Source: a bacterium
Lineage (GTDB): Bacteria > Zhuqueibacterota > Zhuqueibacteria > Oceanimicrobiales > Oceanimicrobiaceae
Direction: 5' to 3'
Length of the DNA stretch: 13,441 nt
Assembly (NCBI GenBank): GCA_046757525.1
Contig: JBHHYI010000111.1
Location: forward strand, 1 to 13,441
In this document: positions 7,163 to 13,441 of the stretch, in pieces
Numbering within the stretch: the stretch's first letter is position 1
Layout: every line of letters starts with the position of its first letter
Program-made: the position numbers and the translations under genes
Notes under the pieces: generated by a model
Database searches by the model: none
Seen by the model: the letters and a program-made list of their open reading frames with translations, nothing else
Told to the model about the DNA's origin: nothing

Positions 7163-7927
7163 CTATTTGCTAACTCCATGGATATTAGAATCCTTCTCTT
7201 TATTCCCAGAATGTGCACTCAATATTTCGACAATTTCTTCGTGGTTCGCGGTTTGAGCAATACGAAGAGCGTCATCACCATCAACATTCTTGAGAATAGG
7301 GTCAGCACCGTTTTCTAACAGAACTTTTATAACGTCTCGTGTACCAAGGTCAGCGGCCACCATTAAGGCGGTGGCTCCCTTAGAGCTTTTAGCATTAATG
7401 TCAGCACCATTTTTTATGAAGTGTTTTACTACATCCACAGAGCCAGTGGCCAGCATAAGAGCCGTTCCTTCATCATGAGCCCTGGCATTAACGTCGGCAC
7501 CGCTTTCTATCAAGAATTCCACTGCATTTTTGTCGCCAGAGATGGCAGCTATCATGAGTGCCGTAACTCCATCAGGATTCTTGGCATCAATGTCGGCGCC
7601 GTTCTTGATAAGATATGTCACTAACTGTTTGTGACCCCGGGCCACTGCGTACATCAGGGGAGTAAGTTGATTATCATCAGAAGAGTTCAAGTCCACCCCC
7701 TTAGCCACCAGTGCTTTTGCACGATTGATTTTGTTTTTCTGTGCCGCCTCGTAAATACTCATGGGTAAGATGGCCTTAATGATCGCTCCAACAAGAGCGC
7801 CAAGTATGAATCCAACAACTCCACCCGCAAATCCACCTGGAACAGCTCCCTTAGTTGTTATGTTTAGTACGAAGAAAATCCCACCGCCGATAAAACCAAA
7901 TACAAATGGTATCTTATCCTTATCCAC
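7163..7927 (-). CDS. Membrane-anchored ankyrin-repeat protein (2 N-terminal TM + ~5 ANK repeats)
   Basis: GTG start with SD AAGGAG; repeats TPLMYA, TALMIA, TALMLA, TALMVA with L...GAD[IV][DN]A. Confidence 0.93.
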   Translation of the reverse strand: MDKDKIPFVFGFIGGGIFFVLNITTKGAVPGGFAGGVVGFILGALVGAIIKAILPMSIYEAAQKNKINRAKALVAKGVDLNSSDDNQLTPLMYAVARGHKQLVTYLIKNGADIDAKNPDGVTALMIAAISGDKNAVEFLIESGADVNARAHDEGTALMLATGSVDVVKHFIKNGADINAKSSKGATALMVAADLGTRDVIKVLLENGADPILKNVDGDDALRIAQTANHEEIVEILSAHSGNKEKDSNIHGVSK

Positions 7928-7957
7928 TGCGTTGCTCCTTCAATTTTCTTCAAAACA

Positions 7958-8344
7958 CTACCATACATGTGTATTAATTACATTATTTTTTTGCCTAAGA
8001 AGTTTGATTCCACCCACTATTCTGGACAAACCAAATACTAGAGCGCCAAGTAATAGGGCTCCACCGCCTGGGGTGGATCGGCCTTGCGTGGCTCCCCAAA
8101 CCATAAGAAATCCTCCCAAAAACCAGAGTGCTCCGTATAAGAATTGTTTAAATGCTTCTTCGTGAGCATTTTCTGTCATCTGTTCTTTTTCTTTGGGCTC
8201 GCAAACCATAGACCGTTTGGCTTCTGTGAGCCTTTGCTTTATTAGATTCTTGCCGTCTTCTGATTCCGCGCAGTTACTACATAGAGTTGTGCAGGCATCA
8301 CTGTAATTGAGAAAAACTTTAGAACCACAATTTTCACACCACAT
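7958..8344 (-). CDS. Zn-ribbon-like (CxxC...CxxxCxxC) protein with two C-terminal TM helices (~128 aa)
   Basis: Start probably ATG 8344 (GAGGAAGGT upstream) giving MWCENCG...CTTLCSNC. Hydrophobic FLYGALWFLGGFLMVWG and ALLLGALVFGL segments. Confidence 0.75.
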   Translation of the reverse strand: MWCENCGSKVFLNYSDACTTLCSNCAESEDGKNLIKQRLTEAKRSMVCEPKEKEQMTENAHEEAFKQFLYGALWFLGGFLMVWGATQGRSTPGGGALLLGALVFGLSRIVGGIKLLRQKNNVINTHVW

Positions 8345-8448
8345 ACCTTCCTCTTTCTTATTTTGCTGCATGACGATTGGATCTAATTTTATAATGCCCG
8401 TCCTCACCTGTAAGCGAATAGCACATATTTCAGAGCAGGACTGAAGCT

Positions 8449-10314
8449 TTATCGCATCAAAAGCAACTTTTTGCTTGCCACAAAATCTCCCGCTCTCAAT
8501 TGGTAGACATAGATTCCACTTGCTACCTGTTTTCCGGAGTCATTTCTACCATCCCATTGAACTTGATAATTGCCAGCAACTTTATCACTATTGACAAGTG
8601 AACGAACCCTCTTACCAAGCTGATTGTAAATTACCAGTTTAACATGGCCTGGCTTAGGTAATTGATATCGAATTACCGTTTCGGGATTAAATGGGTTGGG
8701 ATAATTCTGGAGTAAAGCGTATTCATTTGGGATTTCGCTGGGGTTGTCATCAACTCCGTCTACAACTCCCCCTATTCCCACATCATCAATATACCATCCA
8801 TCAAATTGCCAATGGTCATCGGAAGTTAATCTGAATCTTATCATGATCGGGGAGGCAGTAAAAGATGATAAATCCAATTGGACCAAATTCCAGGTCGAAT
8901 TTGTTCCAGTAAAATTGGTTATCTCTGTCCAAGTAAAACCGAAGTCTTTTGAAATTTCAACACGACAAAAATCCTGATTAATATTTGTATCAAACTTATG
9001 CCAAAAAGTTAAGGCTGGAATGGTTGCGGAAGATAAGTCGATCGCATTAGCCAGAGTTATACTTGCATTCGCATTGGGAGGATAATTACCATTGGGGCTG
9101 TCGGTAACAGAATGGTCAGGGCTACTAAACATCGCACTGGTAGTATGCCAATTCTGACTACTCGCCAACCAATTCGATAAACCGTTCTCAAAATCATCAA
9201 AAAATGGAAATGGCGTAAGAGATGTGTTCAATTCTTTGATTTCTACATCATCGATATACCATCCATCAAATTGCCAATGGTCATCGGAAGTTAATCTGAA
9301 TCTTATCATGATCGGGGAGGCAGTAAAAGATGATAAATCCAATTGGACCAAATTCCAGGTCGAATTTGTTCCAGTAAAATTGGTTATCTCTGTCCAAGTA
9401 AAACCGAAGTCTTTTGAAATTTCAACACGACAAAAATCCTGATTAATATTTGTATCAAACTTATGCCAAAAAGTTAAGACTGGAACGGCTGCGGAAGATA
9501 AGTCAATTGCATTAGCAAGAGTTATACTTGCATTCGCGTTGGGAGGAAAATCACCATCGGGACTCTCTGTAACCGAATGAGTAGGGCCGCTAAACATCAC
9601 ACTAGTAGTATCCCAATTTTGACTACTGGCCAACCAATTCGACAAACCGTTCTCAAAATCATCAAAAAATGGAAATGGTGTAAGAGATGTGTTCAACTCT
9701 TTAATTTCTACGTCATCGATATACCATCCATCAAATTGCCAATGGTCATCGGAAGTTAATCTGAATCTTATCATGATCGGGGAGGCAGTAAAAGATGATA
9801 AATCCAATTGGACCAAATTCCAGGTCGAATTTGTTCCAGTAAAATTGGTTATCTCTGTCCAAGTAAAACCGAAGTCTTTTGAAATTTCAACACGACAAAA
9901 ATCCTGATTAATATTTGTATCAAACTTATGCCAAAAAGTTAGGACTGGAACGGTTGCAGAAGATAAGTCGATCGCATTAGCAAGAGTTATACTTGCATTC
10001 GCGTTGGGGGGATAATTACCATTGGGACTATCGGTAACAGAATGATCAGGACTGTTAAACATCGCACTAGTAGTATCCCAATCCTGACCACTTACAAGCC
10101 AATTGTCAAGACCATTTTCAAAGTCTTCACTGAAAGGAAAAGGTGTGATTGAAGTTGTATTTTCCTTATTTTCTAAGACAGCATTCACGCGATCCTGCGA
10201 AAAACTGTCACAAAAATTTGTTAAGAAAATAATTTGGAAAATACCAAGCAAAGTTGCTCCAAGAAACGAATTTCTTAATTTTAGATCTTTGGAACCTCTA
10301 ATTTTGGCATTCAT
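8449..10314 (-). CDS. Secreted protein with three tandem 155-aa MAM/immune-inhibitor-A-like beta-sandwich domains and a C-terminal FlgD-Ig/T9SS type A-like domain
   Basis: SD AAAGGAG; signal-like N-terminus; repeats FPF..DFENG...LTFWHKF...FRLTSD...GWYIDDV; tail LLQNYPNPFNPET...VASGIYVYQL...SKKLLLMR. Confidence 0.93.
   Translation of the reverse strand: MNAKIRGSKDLKLRNSFLGATLLGIFQIIFLTNFCDSFSQDRVNAVLENKENTTSITPFPFSEDFENGLDNWLVSGQDWDTTSAMFNSPDHSVTDSPNGNYPPNANASITLANAIDLSSATVPVLTFWHKFDTNINQDFCRVEISKDFGFTWTEITNFTGTNSTWNLVQLDLSSFTASPIMIRFRLTSDDHWQFDGWYIDDVEIKELNTSLTPFPFFDDFENGLSNWLASSQNWDTTSVMFSGPTHSVTESPDGDFPPNANASITLANAIDLSSAAVPVLTFWHKFDTNINQDFCRVEISKDFGFTWTEITNFTGTNSTWNLVQLDLSSFTASPIMIRFRLTSDDHWQFDGWYIDDVEIKELNTSLTPFPFFDDFENGLSNWLASSQNWHTTSAMFSSPDHSVTDSPNGNYPPNANASITLANAIDLSSATIPALTFWHKFDTNINQDFCRVEISKDFGFTWTEITNFTGTNSTWNLVQLDLSSFTASPIMIRFRLTSDDHWQFDGWYIDDVGIGGVVDGVDDNPSEIPNEYALLQNYPNPFNPETVIRYQLPKPGHVKLVIYNQLGKRVRSLVNSDKVAGNYQVQWDGRNDSGKQVASGIYVYQLRAGDFVASKKLLLMR
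8780..10150 (-). repeat. Three intragenic tandem repeats, period 465 bp, with a 223-bp block identical in all three
   Basis: 8789-9011 = 9254-9476 = 9719-9941. The remaining half of each unit carries many substitutions. Confidence 0.97.
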
Positions 10315-10338
10315 CTTAATCTCCTTTAAATCCTTACT

Positions 10339-10556
10339 CCTGAATAATTCATAAACCTTTGGGAATAATAGTTTATGATTTTTATTTCCAATGACTTAAA
10401 TCAAGTCTACTTCAAAAACTGAGTTTTTACGTGAAAATTGCACGGTATTTAAATCATTGGACATGGGAATGTCATTATTACCTAAAAAATAATAAATTAC
10501 CAGAAAAACTCAGTTTTGGGGGTTAGGTTAAATAAGACCTCTATGAATTATTCAGG
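10339..10556. mobile_element. 218-bp non-autonomous MITE, probably IS1380-family-related
   Basis: Perfect 15-bp TIR: CCTGAATAATTCATA (10339-10353) and TATGAATTATTCAGG (10542-10556). Flanked by the 4-bp direct repeat TACT (10335-10338, 10557-10560). No ORF, and absent upstream of the paralogous gene. CC-starting TIRs and a 4-5 bp TSD fit the IS1380 family. Confidence 0.85.
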
Positions 10557-10584
10557 TACTATTATTTGTGGCTATGTATCTACT

Positions 10585-11355
10585 TCACCATCAGTATCGT
10601 CAATATTGGTCAAGCCCAGCGTGTAACGTGTATTCGATAAGTAGATAGTTCGCTAGCAACAAGACTACCTTCATTGATTTAAACTAATCTGCCCTGCAAC
10701 CTCTTGAATTATTACAGAGCAAATAAGTAATCAACCGGAGGAAATTATGAAGTTTTCTAATCTCGCACTTTAATATAAAAATCCGCCAAAACCTGCCCCG
10801 ATCAGAATGGTGTTACCAGTGATGGACTCACTAAATCCCTCAGGTTTGAAACGATCGTAGAGATAACCAACTTCAATACCAACCGCCAGGTGACCTTTAC
10901 GAATGAATACGCCACCGGCAAATTTAAATCTTAAACCGCCCTGGTTATCATTACCAAAATCAAGGGATAGATAGTTAACTCCAGCCCCGACAAACGGAAT
11001 CATATTCGTGCCAGAATCAAAGAAATAGCCTGCCTTTGGACCAATTCCAAAAGTCGTGGTAGAAAAATCTCCTTGCGATGCTCGGTTAAGTGATAAGTCT
11101 CCACCGATACCTAAACCGGGAGCAATAAAATAGAATAAACTTGGAACAATCGCGATCGTGGTTACTCTATCATCTCTAAAGCCGTCGTAGAGGTCGCCAC
11201 CTTGACTGGAGAATGAAAATAGGCCGCTAACGAGCATCGCTCCTGTATCAGTTGCCCCTCTTCCTGTTTGACAGTGAACAAAAGTAGGTCCCATTAATAG
11301 GAGTAAAACAGCAAATGCAAAGATCTTACAGTTCATTTTTCAGTCCTCCTTTTGG
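10585..11355. repeat. Copy 2 of the ~770-bp direct duplication
   Basis: Matches 2012-2781. Confidence 0.97.
10770..11336 (-). CDS. Outer-membrane beta-barrel protein, 188 aa, paralog A
   Basis: SD AAAGGAGG; signal peptide; the mature part differs from 2197-2763 at only three residues (E/G, T/A, V/I). Confidence 0.9.
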   Translation of the reverse strand: MNCKIFAFAVLLLLMGPTFVHCQTGRGATDTGAMLVSGLFSFSSQGGDLYDGFRDDRVTTIAIVPSLFYFIAPGLGIGGDLSLNRASQGDFSTTTFGIGPKAGYFFDSGTNMIPFVGAGVNYLSLDFGNDNQGGLRFKFAGGVFIRKGHLAVGIEVGYLYDRFKPEGFSESITGNTILIGAGFGGFLY

Positions 11356-11445
11356 GTTAATATAGTGGGTCGGGATGGTTAATTCTTGAAAACCGTGACA
11401 CGAAAGGTTCGGGGTTTGACAACCTCATATGTTGATGTTAGACGG

Positions 11446-11525
11446 TTCATAAATCATGCCAGACAGACGAAGGGTCATTTGCCGAGTTTAATGTGTAGAA
11501 GGGTCGGGGTGAAACCCTCAACTTT
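11446..11525 (-). promoter_or_regulatory. Second copy of the 80-bp sigma54-like promoter/enhancer element
   Basis: 76/80 identical to 5861-5940; located 110 bp upstream of the barrel gene start at 11336. Confidence 0.6.
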
Positions 11526-11535
11526 ATGGTATTTC

Positions 11536-11566
11536 TTGCAACATTTACTGCCTTGGAATGTTGCAA
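11536..11566. promoter_or_regulatory. Perfect 10-bp inverted repeat TTGCAACATT-N11-AATGTTGCAA between the divergent promoters; possible operator
   Basis: The inverted repeat is directly visible; its function is inferred from position. Confidence 0.4.
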
Positions 11567-11593
11567 AATTGAATCATTTGCTGTTGATTTTGC

Positions 11594-11622
11594 TTGATAT
11601 TTCCTTTCAAGAGATATATATT
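11594..11622 (+). promoter_or_regulatory. Sigma70-type promoter candidate for the sensor gene
   Basis: TTGATA-17 bp-TATATT, ~55 bp upstream of ATG 11677. The region is AT-rich, so a chance match is possible. Confidence 0.5.
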
Positions 11623-11676
11623 ATATTTAATAGCCATCCCAATCATTTCAAAAGATTATCCAAAGGACATACTTCA

Positions 11677-13441
11677 ATGGGCCGATCAGCGAAACCAAAG
11701 ATAGGTCCCTTCAGGCATTTGAACCTGATCTTTCTGTTTCTATCCCTTTTACTGGCTGCTGTCATTACTCTCTTGTTGAGTCGTTCCATGAATCCGTTTC
11801 AATTCAAGATTCTGGAAAAGCAACCATTAAGCAGTCCCCATTATCTCATATATCACGATTTTGAAAAAGATGGATTTAGTGAAGGATTGAATGCAGTGAA
11901 TCAGGCCGCAAGGAGCTTTATCACCGTAACAAACTTCTCACAGGGGACAATTGATCAAACCAATTATTCGGAACACACCCGTTCAGAATGGTTATTCTTT
12001 GCAGATTATAATGAGGATGATTACGATGAAATTTTTGCATTTACACAGAATAGTGATTCGTTGTTTTTATACATTCATGATCTTCGGAGTAAAAAAACGC
12101 TATTAAAGCGACACTTTTTGTTGAACGCAAGACAGCCAAAATCCCAGAACACCTGGGATCCTGTAGTTCTAGCAGGCGGTCTGTTAGAGATTGATGGGAG
12201 GAAAGGAAAAGAATTGGTCTTCGCAGTTGCCGCGGGCCAGGCCCTATCTCCCCGCAGCGTCTACGTTTTTGATATACAAGAACGAAGAATAGTAAAGAGA
12301 TTTGAAACGGATGCAAACTTTAGAGGAATAGTACTCTACGACCTAACAGGTGATGGCAAAGACGAAATCATTGTCTTCAGCCGCGCCACCGGCAATATCC
12401 ATTATCCGGCACGATATAATGATGATAGATGCTGGCTGTTTGTTCTGGATCAGCATCTTTCCCCTATACTTGAACCGCTCAGTTTTGGTGAATATCCTTC
12501 CGTTATGAATTGCTCCCCGATTGAAATGGAGAATGAGAGATTCTTATTGCTTTCATATCGTTATGGTGGAGAAAAAGAACTACCTAGCTTCTTGTGTCTC
12601 ATTGATGCCAACGGGAAAATTCATCCAAGGAAGAATTACGGTATGCCACGAGCTTTAACAGTACCCTTGATCGATCAAGATATGGAGCCCCCCGTAATGT
12701 ATTGTGCACTGCGAACAAGCGAGCTGATCAAAATGAATGAACAATTAAAAATTATCCGTCAAAAAACCACAGAATTTCCCAGAATAACGCCAGCATATAT
12801 CAAAGATTTTGACGCAGAGGGGAGCAAGGAAATATTATGCACATCCAATGATTTTATGCTAATGTTTAATCAAGAGTTGGAGCTATTGGCTGCCTTTCGT
12901 GTCCCTTCGGTCCCTTCTTTAGGGCGAGTTCACGAAATTCCTTGGTGGGATACTATCACCTTTCGGGAAACCGGTCCCGGAAAACCAATCGAGATGGCCG
13001 TTCAATTCGGAGAGCAGGTTTACCGCTTTGCGTTTGAAAAAAATGCGCTCTACCCGTTTCTGTCGGTGTTATCGATTGGCTTAGCAGGGTTTATCTTCTT
13101 ATTTTTAATAGGTGGTCATAGATTCTCATCGCTTGTTTATACCTACCTGAGTTATTTTCGGTTTGCTTTATCGAAATCGCCTCAGGGGATTCTGATATTA
13201 AATCGCACGGGCCATATATACTACCTGAACAACCGTGTGCAACCGTTATTAGATCTGAAGAATCCAATATTCAAAAAGCAACATTTTACAGGAGCGCTTA
13301 AGGAAAACCCGCAACTTATTGAACTGATTCAAAAAAGTATGGCCAGCGGTAAGTCCGTTAAAGAAAAGATTTCCTTTGTTAAAGCAAACTATCAATTTGA
13401 AGGCGAGATCCGCGTAACTCCTTTTGTGTCCCCCCTCAAAC
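11677..13441 (+). CDS. Probable membrane sensor histidine kinase (TM - FG-GAP-like extracytoplasmic propeller - TM - PAS), runs off the right end of the window
   Basis: Not in the ORF track. Open for 588 codons from ATG 11677. TM LIFLFLSLLLAAVITLLL; Ca-blade-like motifs HDFEKDGFSE, ADYNEDDYDEI, YDLTGDGKDEII, KDFDAEGSKEI; second TM; PAS-like SPQGILILNRTGHIYYLNNRVQPLL. The kinase core would lie outside the window, so that part is inferred. Confidence 0.82.
   Translation, partial: MGRSAKPKIGPFRHLNLIFLFLSLLLAAVITLLLSRSMNPFQFKILEKQPLSSPHYLIYHDFEKDGFSEGLNAVNQAARSFITVTNFSQGTIDQTNYSEHTRSEWLFFADYNEDDYDEIFAFTQNSDSLFLYIHDLRSKKTLLKRHFLLNARQPKSQNTWDPVVLAGGLLEIDGRKGKELVFAVAAGQALSPRSVYVFDIQERRIVKRFETDANFRGIVLYDLTGDGKDEIIVFSRATGNIHYPARYNDDRCWLFVLDQHLSPILEPLSFGEYPSVMNCSPIEMENERFLLLSYRYGGEKELPSFLCLIDANGKIHPRKNYGMPRALTVPLIDQDMEPPVMYCALRTSELIKMNEQLKIIRQKTTEFPRITPAYIKDFDAEGSKEILCTSNDFMLMFNQELELLAAFRVPSVPSLGRVHEIPWWDTITFRETGPGKPIEMAVQFGEQVYRFAFEKNALYPFLSVLSIGLAGFIFLFLIGGHRFSSLVYTYLSYFRFALSKSPQGILILNRTGHIYYLNNRVQPLLDLKNPIFKKQHFTGALKENPQLIELIQKSMASGKSVKEKISFVKANYQFEGEIRVTPFVSPLK

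Noticed and set aside
8744..9907. Three near-identical plus-strand ORFs (8744, 9224, 9689)
   Set aside because: They are antisense shadows of the 465-bp repeat inside the 621-aa gene, with no independent SD or coding signal.
8780..10150. Diversity-generating retroelement TR/VR pair
   Set aside because: Differences between repeats are not confined to adenines, all copies are in-frame coding, and no reverse transcriptase is in the window. The same applies to the barrel duplication.
12041..12316. 91-aa minus-strand ORF and the other short ORFs nested in or antisense to larger genes
   Set aside because: They lie within well-supported longer CDSs and have no supporting features.
1..13441. CRISPR array, tRNA/rRNA, full integron array
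   Set aside because: No short regularly spaced repeats with unique spacers, no recognisable RNA gene, and only one degenerate attC-like site with no integrase.

Overview
Bacterial envelope-protein locus. The 'LxNYPNPFNPETxIRY' C-terminal domains point to an FCB-group organism such as KSB1, Calditrichota or Ignavibacteria (inference). Nearly all of 1-11336 is a minus-strand array of exported or membrane proteins: three small outer-membrane beta-barrel-like genes (two are near-identical paralogs), two secreted proteins with three tandem ~155-161 aa beta-sandwich (MAM/immune-inhibitor-A-like) domains plus an FlgD-Ig/T9SS-type-A-like tail, three lipoproteins, a membrane-anchored ankyrin protein and small TM proteins. 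Two large CDSs missing from the ORF track run off the window ends: <1..1867 (-), and 11677..>13441 (+), a divergent TM/FG-GAP-like/TM/PAS protein that is probably a sensor kinase. Non-obvious structure includes: (i) a duplicated 80-bp sigma54-like promoter/enhancer element heading two sub-arrays; (ii) a duplicated barrel + tri-domain gene unit with a 463-bp identical tract; (iii) nucleotide-level homogenisation of the loop-bearing half of the tandem domains; (iv) a 218-bp MITE with 15-bp TIRs and a 4-bp TSD; (v) a decayed PorT-like gene remnant; (vi) a small TM gene frameshifted in a G6 tract; (vii) a lone GTAG-type REP; (viii) a degenerate attC-like hairpin. No CRISPR array, RNA gene, reverse transcriptase, integrase or transposase was seen. 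All calls come from reading the sequence by eye, with no database searches.
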